From: a virus
Reading direction: 5' to 3' (one strand)
Virus record (IMG/VR): IMGVR_UViG_3300045988_176129
Location: 24,700-88,699 of that record
Length of the DNA stretch: 64,000 bases
Shown in pieces: positions 18,773 to 27,258 of this stretch; the stretch's first letter is position 1, and each line of letters starts with the position of its first letter. Under the pieces are notes generated by a model. It was given only the letters and a program-made list of their open reading frames with translations. It was not told where the DNA came from and made no database searches. The translations under genes and the position numbers were made by a program.

Positions 18773-18857
18773 GCGCGTGTCGCCTAGTGGCTAGGGCAAC
18801 GGACTTTTAATCCGTCGATGTTCAGCATCATCGCAGGTTCAAATCCTGTCACGCGCA
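18773..18857 (+). tRNA. tRNA-Lys(TTT) with an unusual 17-nt variable arm
   Basis: Acceptor gcgcgtg/cacgcgc, D gcct/gggc, anticodon stem acgga/tccgt, loop cttttaa; extra hairpin gatg-ttcagca-catc before T-arm gcagg-ttcaaat-cctgt. Confidence 0.6.
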
Positions 18858-18928
18858 TTGACATATTATAAAAAATATGTTAAAATATTTATATAATGAT
18901 AAGAAAGAAGAAGTCATTATAAAATTTT

Positions 18929-19002
18929 GGCTCTGAGGTGTAACTGGTTTGCATAATACCCTGTCACGGTATAGGTAACGGGTTCAAGTCCCGTCTGAGT
19001 CG
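18929..19002 (+). tRNA. tRNA-Asp(GTC)
   Basis: Anticodon stem atacc/ggtat, loop ctgtcac, T acggg-ttcaagt-cccgt; one U:U in the acceptor. Confidence 0.7.
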
Positions 19003-19115
19003 CTTCACTTAGTAGATTGAAGTCGCGAATATAATATCTACTGAAGAAGATAATAAGTCTATCCGCGGAGATTGTGATAGAAACTGTTATTTTGGCAGAT
19101 AAGTGGACTGCCGTT

Positions 19116-19188
19116 TGTCCTAGGGGTCAGGTTGGTTCTGATGCAGGTCTGCAAAACCTGAGAAGTGAGTTCAAATCTCACCAAGGAC
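19116..19188 (+). tRNA. tRNA-Cys(GCA)
   Basis: Anticodon stem caggt/acctg, loop ctgcaaa, T gtgag-ttcaaat-ctcac, discriminator U. Confidence 0.65.
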
Positions 19189-19451
19189 TTAACAATAGTT
19201 CATTTGTATTGTTGAGGAGTAACGACCCTTGACCTAGCTGTGGTAGCTAGAGGAACGAAAAAATAACCATATTAATATTTTATAAGTAAATTTAATAATA
19301 AGCGAAAAACCCGGTGACATGATTTCCTGCTTCTGTAAGCTGAAGGGAAACAAAAAGATGTGAATTACAGATATGCTTATTATAAAAATGCAGTTTGTGT
19401 TCTAATTACGTTCTAATTATAGGGTTATTGAAAGTAAAATATTAATATTAT

Positions 19452-19539
19452 GCCGTCTTACTCAAGTTTGGTTGAAGAGGTCGCATTGCTAACGCGATAG
19501 GCTGTAACAGGTGCGGAGGTTCAAATCCTCCAGACGGCG
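19452..19539 (+). tRNA. tRNA-Ser(GCT)
   Basis: Perfect acceptor gccgtct/agacggc, 3-bp D-stem, loop ttgctaa, long variable arm, T ggagg-ttcaaat-cctcc, discriminator G. Confidence 0.7.
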
Positions 19540-19578
19540 CTTATACTTATAAGAAATTGTTTGTAATTTCATAATAAT

Positions 19579-19652
19579 ATCTCGGTAAAGATAATTGGAA
19601 ATCGCTTGGTCTCCAAAACCATAGTACCTGGGTTCGATTCCTAGCTGAGATG
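19579..19652 (+). tRNA. tRNA-Trp(CCA)
   Basis: Acceptor atctcgg/ctgagat, anticodon loop ctccaaa, T ctggg-ttcgatt-cctag; weak D-stem. Confidence 0.55.
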
Positions 19653-19917
19653 TTTTCTTCCTTTGTAATTCATAGAGAAGATATGATGATCGCCTAACTG
19701 GATAAAGGTTATAATACCAGTACATAAAGGGTAATCCAAGTAACCGAAAATGGGAGATAACCTGTGTGACGTTTATTGTTTACGTCTTAAAATAATATGA
19801 CGAGTTTTATAGTCTTTTAGCGATGACAAGCAAAGAGTGCGGCAGCTGACTTTTATAGCAGTTAGCCTAGAGTGGTGCGTTGGCGGCTTGAGCCAATAGT
19901 CAAAATCAAGCATATAT

Positions 19918-19989
19918 TGGGTTATCGCCAAATGGTAAGGCAGCGGGTTTTGATCCCGCGATTTGCAGGTTCGAGTCCTGCTAGCCCAG
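19918..19989 (+). tRNA. tRNA-Gln(TTG)
   Basis: Acceptor tgggtta/tagccca, anticodon stem gcggg/cccgc, loop ttttgat, T gcagg-ttcgagt-cctgc. Confidence 0.75.
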
Positions 19990-20000
19990 TTTATAAATAT

Positions 20001-20085
20001 GCCGAGGTACCTTAGTGGGGAGGAGGCGTTGTCTTGAAAACAATCGTCCTTCACGGGACTGGGAGTTCGAATCTCTCCCTCGGCG
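20001..20085 (+). tRNA. tRNA-Ser(TGA)
   Basis: Acceptor gccgagg/cctcggc, loop cttgaaa, long variable arm, T gggag-ttcgaat-ctctc. Confidence 0.75.
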
Positions 20086-20087
20086 CT

Positions 20088-20160
20088 GTGACATTAGTTC
20101 AGTTGGTAGAACATTGGATTGTGGTTCCAAATGTCGTGAGTTCAAGTCTCACATGTCACC
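20088..20160 (+). tRNA. tRNA-His(GTG) without an encoded G-1
   Basis: Acceptor gtgacat/atgtcac, D gttc-agttggta-gaac, loop ttgtggt, T gtgag-ttcaagt-ctcac, discriminator C; base -1 is T. Confidence 0.75.
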
Positions 20161-20272
20161 TTTTTATCACATATATTAGCTAAGGACGTAAAAATAAAAA
20201 GCAAAAAGTTAAAGAATAGATGAAGAAATATAATGCTGATGTAGAGTTTAATGGAACAGGAGAAATTATAAA

Positions 20273-21238
20273 ATGAGAAAAATAACAGAAACACATACAG
20301 GAAAGATTGTAACTGATACAGATTTAACTCTTGAATATTTATATGTTGGTGATTATGGAAAAGAGAATAATATTAAGGCATCATTTCTTGGATATGATAA
20401 AAGAATTGATAAGGTAGAGCATAAACCTGTAGATATTACTGATAAGCTTGTAGTGACTGTATCTTCACAAAAAGGTTGTCCTATGAATTGCAATTTCTGT
20501 GACTGTCCTAAACTTGGATTTAAAGGTAATGCAACTTTGCCAGAGTTGATTACGGAAATTATGTCAGGTGTTGCTTTATCTGGAATTAAGCATGGACAAA
20601 GATTGAATGTACATTATGCAAGAATGGGTGAACCAACATTTAATCCAAATGTTATTACATCGGCAAAGTTTATTGCGCAAATGTTAATGAGTGAAAATTC
20701 AGATGTAACTTTTGATACATACCATCCTGTAGTGTCTACTATGATGCCAAAATCAAATAAAAACCTTAAAGAGTTTTTACATAAATGGATAACAACTGGA
20801 TTTGTATATGGCGGAGAGGATGGTTTTGGATTACAGTTTTCTATAAATACTCTTAATGAGAATGATAGAAATGAAATGTTCAGAAACAGGTCTTTATCAT
20901 TGCAGGAAATTAGTAATATTATCAAAGAACTTCCTTATCCGAAGAAGAGAAAATATACATTAAATTTTGCGGTTACTTCCAAGAGTAATCTTAATGTAGA
21001 CCTTATGAACAAATATTTTGATAAGAAGAAATGCATTGTTAAAATGACGCCAATTCATGAGACTGTTGAAGCTGTTGATGAAGGATATGAAATTGTGCAT
21101 GATTTTGATGTATATGAGCAGTTTGAGCAGCCACTTGTAAATGATGGATGGGATGTAATTGTCTTTGTTCCCTCAAAAGAGGAAGATGAGGACAGAATTA
21201 CATGTGGAAATTCGTTAATTGCATTAGGAAACAAGTAA
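20273..21238 (+). CDS. radical SAM enzyme, RlmN/Cfr-like (candidate rRNA/tRNA adenosine C2 methyltransferase)
   Basis: VSSQKGCPMNCNFCDC has the CxxxCxxC cluster inside a vSSQxGC...C.FC context typical of RlmN; a C-terminal ITCGNS may hold the second catalytic Cys. Confidence 0.55.
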   Translation: MRKITETHTGKIVTDTDLTLEYLYVGDYGKENNIKASFLGYDKRIDKVEHKPVDITDKLVVTVSSQKGCPMNCNFCDCPKLGFKGNATLPELITEIMSGVALSGIKHGQRLNVHYARMGEPTFNPNVITSAKFIAQMLMSENSDVTFDTYHPVVSTMMPKSNKNLKEFLHKWITTGFVYGGEDGFGLQFSINTLNENDRNEMFRNRSLSLQEISNIIKELPYPKKRKYTLNFAVTSKSNLNVDLMNKYFDKKKCIVKMTPIHETVEAVDEGYEIVHDFDVYEQFEQPLVNDGWDVIVFVPSKEEDEDRITCGNSLIALGNK

Positions 21239-21276
21239 CAAGAATCGCTCATTTCTTATGAAATTTTGGAGGTAAT

Positions 21277-21681
21277 ATGAAGAAAAGAATTAAGGAAATA
21301 TGTGAAAAATTAGATGGAGATATTTATGGGAAGGGTTGTAATTTCTTAGAAAACGAAGATGATGATGAAATACCTACATTTTACAGTAGAGATGATTGTC
21401 ATTCTATATCTTTTAGAGAACTATTATTATGGTACTTGCCAAGGTTGGGAAGTTGGCAAGATGGGCCAGATTGTAATGATTGTGATTGTAAGGATTGTGA
21501 TGATTTTAGGCATATAAAAAACTGTAGAAAGATGGTTTTGGATGAGCAGATTAAGAAAAGACACTATGAGTTATTTCTTGAACTTGTTGACATTTATGCT
21601 TATTACACGCAGCAAGATCATATAAAGTATAGACAATTAAAAGAAAAGTGTAAAAGTGTTTTAAGAGAAATTATGGAGTAA
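21277..21681 (+). CDS. Cys-rich hypothetical protein
   Basis: GPDCNDCDCKDCDD cluster; RBS ggaggt. Confidence 0.5.
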   Translation: MKKRIKEICEKLDGDIYGKGCNFLENEDDDEIPTFYSRDDCHSISFRELLLWYLPRLGSWQDGPDCNDCDCKDCDDFRHIKNCRKMVLDEQIKKRHYELFLELVDIYAYYTQQDHIKYRQLKEKCKSVLREIME

Positions 21682-21684
21682 AAT

Positions 21685-22263
21685 ATGTCAAATTTATATG
21701 TATATCTAATGTGCTCTCGTAACAAGGATAATAAAGATATTCCAAATTTTAAGGAACGAGCCAAGACAATTCTTGAGTATAAAGAGAATGAAGATAAAGT
21801 AGTCGAAGCTTTTAAAAGTTTTGCAGCTGAAGGAATTCCTAGCGAACAGACAAGGTTATACAGGTCAGTTAATTCAAGAAATGAAGAAAAAATCAGAGAA
21901 GAATTTATTATTCGTCTGTTAAAAGATAAGCCAAGTATGACACAGCTTAATCGCACATTAGCTTCAGTTGCACAACAGGTACAAAATCGTGATGAAAGTA
22001 AATGGCTGTTTGATTTTGATGTGGATGATGATAAATTGACAGAAGATTTCAAAAAAGACATTAAAAAATTCGCATATGATAACAGTGGTATATTCTTTTG
22101 CGATTATGAAATAGAAGTTCACAAGACTCCTCATGGCTATGCGATTGTAGTACCGCATGGTTTCGGCATAAGAGAATTGGTGGAAAAGTGGAAAGATTAT
22201 GATGTTACATTGAAAAGAGATGGGTTGTTGTTTTTGGATATGATAACGAATGAGCGAGGTTAA
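21685..22263 (+). CDS. hypothetical protein
   Basis: 192-aa ORF tightly packed with neighbours. Confidence 0.55.
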   Translation: MSNLYVYLMCSRNKDNKDIPNFKERAKTILEYKENEDKVVEAFKSFAAEGIPSEQTRLYRSVNSRNEEKIREEFIIRLLKDKPSMTQLNRTLASVAQQVQNRDESKWLFDFDVDDDKLTEDFKKDIKKFAYDNSGIFFCDYEIEVHKTPHGYAIVVPHGFGIRELVEKWKDYDVTLKRDGLLFLDMITNERG

Positions 22264-22267
22264 ATGA

Positions 22268-22597
22268 ATGAATAAAAAGTATATTCCACAAATAGGAGAT
22301 GTTGTTTTTGATAATAATATCCCTATGGTTGTAGTAACTATGAAAAGCTATGAGGATGCTGGAAGTTGCAGTTATGATAGGAAATATTTTTTGTGTGAAG
22401 AGGAATATTTTCATAAGTTAAGTGAATGTATGACAACAATGGATGCAATGGGTGAACATGGTAGATGGGTTCAAGTTAAGGGAACAGAATTTCCTAATAT
22501 TAAACAGGTTATGGATATTGCACCATATGAAATTATTCCAATTCAAGGATTTCGTATAAGACAAAAAAAGGCAAAAATGATAACAATTTATGAGTAA
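22268..22597 (+). CDS. hypothetical protein
   Basis: Intact ORF. Confidence 0.5.
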   Translation: MNKKYIPQIGDVVFDNNIPMVVVTMKSYEDAGSCSYDRKYFLCEEEYFHKLSECMTTMDAMGEHGRWVQVKGTEFPNIKQVMDIAPYEIIPIQGFRIRQKKAKMITIYE

Positions 22598-22615
22598 ATA
22601 ATTATAACTTATTAT

Positions 22616-22912
22616 TTGTTAAAAAGAAAGGAATTAGATATGAAAAAGAAAATAGCAGCGATTGCCGCACTTTTAGTATTAAGCTTTTGTCTAAGTGGTT
22701 GTCAAGAAATTACTAGGAATTATGGTGGAACAACAGAAATAGACCTTGAACCAGGACTAAAACTTGAAGAAATAACTTGGAAAGACGATGATCTTTGGTA
22801 TCTTACAAGACCAATGACAGATGAAGATATTGCGGAAACACATACTTTTGAAGAAAGTTCTCTTTGGGGCATTTGTGAAGGAACGGTTATTATAAGAGAG
22901 CATAAGAAGTAA
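22616..22912 (+). CDS. lipoprotein
   Basis: Signal peptide with lipobox LSGC. Confidence 0.6.
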   Translation: MLKRKELDMKKKIAAIAALLVLSFCLSGCQEITRNYGGTTEIDLEPGLKLEEITWKDDDLWYLTRPMTDEDIAETHTFEESSLWGICEGTVIIREHKK

Positions 22913-22916
22913 TTAC

Positions 22917-22957
22917 AAGCGAGTGATATAAAAAATCACTCGCTTTTTTGTGCATTT
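22917..22957 (+). terminator. Rho-independent terminator
   Basis: gcgagtgat-loop-atcactcgc followed by tttttt. Confidence 0.7.
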
Positions 22958-23086
22958 AAGAGATTGGGCTGAAGACTAGCGTAATTGCAAATTAAAAATA
23001 GACTTTGGAAATTTTGTTTTTACTTTTGGTCATATTAAATTAATTTGATATATTTAAACTAGATATTTATAAAAAGGAGGTTCTTT

Positions 23087-23458
23087 ATGGCTTTATATAT
23101 AAATAATAAACAAACTGGAGAAATTTCTCAAATTGCAGGAATTCAAGCAGTAGATGAATTATTAAATGAAGAATCCATTAATCCAGTTCAAAATAAAACT
23201 ATTACAGCTAAATTAAAAGATATAAATAAAATTATTGATGAAGTAAAAAAATCTGTCAGTGATGGCAAATCTAAGGTTGCCTTGGCTATCACTGAGAAAG
23301 GCGTAAACACAGAGGCAACAGATATATTTGACACGATGGCGAAGAATATTGGGAAAATACAAACAGGTACATCGAATACACCGATATTAAGCACAACAAT
23401 GACATCCGATATTGTACAATGCCGAGTGACACACGAAATAGATAATACATTGGATTAA
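23087..23458 (+). CDS. tail-associated protein with conserved N-terminal module (paralog 1 of 3)
   Basis: RBS aaaggaggt; N-terminus KSKVALAITEKGVNTEATDIFDTMAKNIGKIQTG is shared with 23981 and 28979. Confidence 0.6.
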   Translation: MALYINNKQTGEISQIAGIQAVDELLNEESINPVQNKTITAKLKDINKIIDEVKKSVSDGKSKVALAITEKGVNTEATDIFDTMAKNIGKIQTGTSNTPILSTTMTSDIVQCRVTHEIDNTLD

Positions 23459-23472
23459 AGGAGGAAGTATGT

Positions 23473-23964
23473 ATGTTAACAAATAATTTCGCTGGTCTTG
23501 TCAGCCTAAACTGTCAACTGGGTTCAGGCAATTATACTGTGTGTAAAACCACAGAAAATAAAACAGCTAGTGCAAGTTACTCTTGGTTTAGACAGCTGCT
23601 TGGTGCATCGTTGCTTTTAAAAAATGTGTCTAGCTCAGCCACAACCGGAGTTTATATAGTGTTAGGAACAGGCACAACACCAGCAACAGCGGCAGATATA
23701 AAGCTTGAAAATGTGACAGAGGACTATGAAATCCTCACGCAAACTAAAGATATACCGCAAACATTTTCAAGTTCCATCATAACTATTACCAGAGTCATAC
23801 GAAATACAGGCAATGCGCCACTAACCATATCAGAAGTAGGGTTATATGCTAGCTATACAGGCGCCTTCACAGGAGCAATAATGTTAGCACGTGAGGTCAT
23901 TGAGCCGGTAACATTACAACCCGGCGAGAAGCACTCGTTCACAATGGATTTGTGTGTAGAATAG
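23473..23964 (+). CDS. hypothetical structural protein
   Basis: RBS aaggagg. Confidence 0.55.
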   Translation: MLTNNFAGLVSLNCQLGSGNYTVCKTTENKTASASYSWFRQLLGASLLLKNVSSSATTGVYIVLGTGTTPATAADIKLENVTEDYEILTQTKDIPQTFSSSIITITRVIRNTGNAPLTISEVGLYASYTGAFTGAIMLAREVIEPVTLQPGEKHSFTMDLCVE

Positions 23965-23980
23965 AAAAGGGCTGATAAAT

Positions 23981-24370
23981 ATGGCATTATATAAAAATGA
24001 TTTACTAACAGGAAAATTAAATCTTTTAGCTGGCACTTCCGCAATAGATAAGGTCTTTAATGAAAATAGTAATAATCCTATTGAAAATAAAGTTATTACT
24101 ATAAAAATAAAAGAAATAGAGCAAAGCTTTGAAGAAACAAAACAAACAGTTCAAGAAGGAAAAGAAAAAATTGCAAATTCCATTACTAATAAAGGGATAG
24201 AGACAAATTCTTCAGACACCTTTGACACAATGTCTCAAAATATAAATAAAATAACTGGTAGTATAAAAAACTATGGAATCAGCATAAATACATCTCTATA
24301 TGTAAACCCTCTTGGATATGTAACAAGCATATATGGAATACTACCAATAGAAAGTGAGGAGATAAGCTGA
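23981..24370 (+). CDS. tail-associated protein with conserved N-terminal module (paralog 2)
   Basis: KEKIANSITNKGIETNSSDTFDTMSQNINKITG. Confidence 0.6.
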   Translation: MALYKNDLLTGKLNLLAGTSAIDKVFNENSNNPIENKVITIKIKEIEQSFEETKQTVQEGKEKIANSITNKGIETNSSDTFDTMSQNINKITGSIKNYGISINTSLYVNPLGYVTSIYGILPIESEEIS

Positions 24371-25119
24371 TGGGATATAATATACAAAGAATAAGGCTGG
24401 GGAAAAAAGAAGCTGACTCTACGTATTACAATGCGGATATAAATGACACAAAAATGCAGGAGATTGCGTCAACCCTTGGCATGAAACTAAATATTGTAGA
24501 GTCTAATACTACGTGGATATTATACATGGGAGATGATGAACACAATACAACAGGTTATAGATTTCGTTTCGCTTCACCTAGATTATATATGGAGACTGTA
24601 ATTCAGGGGGTGACCCCTTCTACATCTGGATATTTTTTTTCATATAGTGTGGATTTAACAAGATCAGCCACGTCTAATGCGGCTAATGCATTTTTACATT
24701 TTATATCATGTAAAGAAGGAGTAGTATTCGGAATTGGAAACATTAGCGAGGGAGCTAACATTACTGATTTATTACATATCGTATTGCCTGCAAAAAATCT
24801 AAAAACAAATGAAGACAGAATAGCTTATATGTCATTCACTTCTGCTAGATACATCATTTATTCTGATGTAGATGAGACATCTTATTATGCTCAATCTTGG
24901 AGCCAGGAAAGCAGCATACATGACGTGGTAAGTCTTGCTCAATATGTATATCCTGCAGAATATCTCGTTATTCCATCAGCATATTATGTAATGGCTGGAC
25001 CGAATGTTGCGTCAGGTGCTTCTGGTGAAAGTTTTATTATAAATGACCAAGAGTATTTCATTCCAGGCAATACAAGCTCAATTTGGAGAATAGCAATAGA
25101 ACTGCCAAAAGCAGAATAA
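24370..25119 (+). CDS. hypothetical structural protein
   Basis: Start/stop overlap with the upstream gene. Confidence 0.55.
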   Translation: MGYNIQRIRLGKKEADSTYYNADINDTKMQEIASTLGMKLNIVESNTTWILYMGDDEHNTTGYRFRFASPRLYMETVIQGVTPSTSGYFFSYSVDLTRSATSNAANAFLHFISCKEGVVFGIGNISEGANITDLLHIVLPAKNLKTNEDRIAYMSFTSARYIIYSDVDETSYYAQSWSQESSIHDVVSLAQYVYPAEYLVIPSAYYVMAGPNVASGASGESFIINDQEYFIPGNTSSIWRIAIELPKAE

Positions 25120-25178
25120 ATAAATATTGATTTTTAATAAAATTTTTGTTATAATATAATAAAGAAAGGAGATATATT

Positions 25179-25397
25179 ATGACAAAAAAAGAAAAATTAA
25201 AGATAGAAGAAAGAGCGAAAAAATATAAATGTGATGGTATTTGTTACTGGACAACTGGCATGTGTCCTCTAGTAGAAACTTGCCCTGAAACAAGAGATAA
25301 AGAATGGAGAGCAACTTTATACACATTATTAACTATAGGACTTGTCCCGATTGGAATAGTTATAGGAATTATTTTAGCGTTTTTTAATCTCATTTGA
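25179..25397 (+). CDS. small membrane protein
   Basis: Own promoter; C-terminal transmembrane segment. Confidence 0.5.
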   Translation: MTKKEKLKIEERAKKYKCDGICYWTTGMCPLVETCPETRDKEWRATLYTLLTIGLVPIGIVIGIILAFFNLI

Positions 25398-25486
25398 CTT
25401 TTAAAAAAATTTTTGTTATAATATATATAGAAAGTTGAGAAAGGAATCAACTTAAAAAATTTTTTCATAAAAAGGAGTATGAAATT

Positions 25487-25822
25487 ATGAAGTTTTATAG
25501 TGAAGTAACAAAGAAGCTCTATGATACTGAGGCAGATCTTAATGATGCAGAAAATGCTATTAAGAAGGCTGAGTGTGAAAAGAAGGCAAGAGAGACCAAG
25601 TTAAAGAACGAACGTGCGGCAAGAGCTAAGGTAGTAGATGCAGCATTTGAAGATTATCGGAAAGCTAAGGAAATAGCTAAGAAGAAGTATTCTGATGCTA
25701 ATGCTTTACTCGATGCTTTTGTGAAAGATTATGGTACTTATCATGTATCTATTTCAGAGAAGAATAAGCGTGCTGATGATTTCGATGAATTGTTCTCTGA
25801 GTTGATAAATTCTTTATTCTAA
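25487..25822 (+). CDS. Lys/Ala-rich coiled-coil protein
   Basis: Promoter and RBS aaaaggagt. Confidence 0.5.
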   Translation: MKFYSEVTKKLYDTEADLNDAENAIKKAECEKKARETKLKNERAARAKVVDAAFEDYRKAKEIAKKKYSDANALLDAFVKDYGTYHVSISEKNKRADDFDELFSELINSLF

Positions 25823-25896
25823 TTTATATAAAAAATTATTTAGACACTTTTAAATTCATTATTATTTAAAAATGTCAATATAATTTTTTATTAATA

Positions 25897-25933
25897 AAGT
25901 GCAAACATTTAAAAGTGTTTGCACTTTTTTTTA
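25897..25933 (+). terminator. Rho-independent terminator
   Basis: aagtgcaaacac-loop-gtgtttgcactt followed by tttttttt. Confidence 0.7.
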
Positions 25934-25982
25934 ATTTAATATATTTTACTTTCTAATATTAATATATAAGGAGGGAAATAAA

Positions 25983-26162
25983 ATGATAAACATATTAAAA
26001 AATGGCAACAATCCTAGCAAATATGTTATGGAATATATAGCTGATACAGAAGATGATATTAAAAGTCTTACTACAAATGTAACTCCAGGAAGTATATGTC
26101 TAGTAATAGAAACCGCAGAAGTTTATATGATAAATGGAAACCATGAATGGAAAAAGCTTTAA
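25983..26162 (+). CDS. 59-aa hypothetical protein
   Basis: RBS taaggaggg; not in the supplied track. Confidence 0.45.
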   Translation: MINILKNGNNPSKYVMEYIADTEDDIKSLTTNVTPGSICLVIETAEVYMINGNHEWKKL

Positions 26163-26174
26163 GGAGGGATATAG

Positions 26175-27179
26175 ATGGATATAACGACTTATGTCTTACT
26201 TAAAAAGAAAATTGATTCATTGGGAATTAGCGACAAAAAAATTCAAGAAGTAATTGAATCTTTCCTGTTAGCACATCCTGAATATATTGGGGCAACAGCA
26301 GAGCAAGATGCTTTAATTAAGGCAAATGCCGCAGCCATTTTAGAGCTTCAAGCGGATGATATTGAGATTCTTACTCTTGATGAGTACAATGCTTTACCAG
26401 AAGAAGATAAAACAAAGAAAAATTATTTAATTTGGGATAGTGATAGTAGTTCTATAACTATTGATTCTGAATTAAATATTAATAGTTCTAACCCTATATC
26501 TAATAAAATTGTAACAAAAGAAATAGAAAGTATAAAATCTCATATTTTATTAGAAGAAGATAGCAACATTATTAATATGTATACCTTAGATGAAAATAAT
26601 ACTCAAATAAAAAATGAGAATCCTTTCTTATCTTTAGTAGGTGGAACTTACGAACGTTTAGAGTTATATGGAGATAGGTTAGTAGGAAAGCAAGCCGCTA
26701 GTACAGCTACTTTTAATGGCAATGGAATTTCTATTATTAGCCGAACAGGCAATGCGGAATATGGCAGTTCAAAAATTCAATTAAATACTAGTGGAAAAAT
26801 TATAAAGCTAGAGAATGGAGCAATCTCAACAACAGACACTATAACTTCTCAAACTGATTTTGTAATATCCAATGCTACAAAAAATATCTCTCTTTCAGGT
26901 TTAAGCGATGACTTAAATAATAAAATGAATACAACAGATATTCAATATGGAACGATAGAATTGGAATATATTTCAGAGGATATTTTATATGGAGAAAAAA
27001 TATTAGACAAAGATATTCATGGGGCAACTGTTTCTTTAATTTCAAAATCAGATACCAAACATCTTAATGTAACTAATTTAAGTATGAATTGTATAAGTAA
27101 GACATTAAAAATTACTGCAACTGGTTCAAGTTTTGTTAGTGGAGATACTGTTGCGGTTTCATATATAGCTATTATATAG
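26175..27179 (+). CDS. tail fibre-like protein
   Basis: RBS aaggaggg; Ser/Thr/Asn-rich beta-rich sequence. Confidence 0.55.
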   Translation: MDITTYVLLKKKIDSLGISDKKIQEVIESFLLAHPEYIGATAEQDALIKANAAAILELQADDIEILTLDEYNALPEEDKTKKNYLIWDSDSSSITIDSELNINSSNPISNKIVTKEIESIKSHILLEEDSNIINMYTLDENNTQIKNENPFLSLVGGTYERLELYGDRLVGKQAASTATFNGNGISIISRTGNAEYGSSKIQLNTSGKIIKLENGAISTTDTITSQTDFVISNATKNISLSGLSDDLNNKMNTTDIQYGTIELEYISEDILYGEKILDKDIHGATVSLISKSDTKHLNVTNLSMNCISKTLKITATGSSFVSGDTVAVSYIAII

Positions 27180-27258
27180 GGATGATTTATTTCATCCCTA
27201 TTTTTTATTTGACTTTTTTTATTTTTTATGATATAATTAAAACAAGGAGGAATAATAT

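Noticed and set aside
21618-22061. 147-aa minus-strand ORF rich in Ser/Leu
   Set aside because: It is antisense to two well-supported plus-strand genes (21277-21681, 21685-22263) and has low-complexity composition typical of antisense AT-rich ORFs. The same reasoning rejects 29632-29994, 34138-34563, 45849-46205, 53297-53728, 56515-57021 and 60823-61200.
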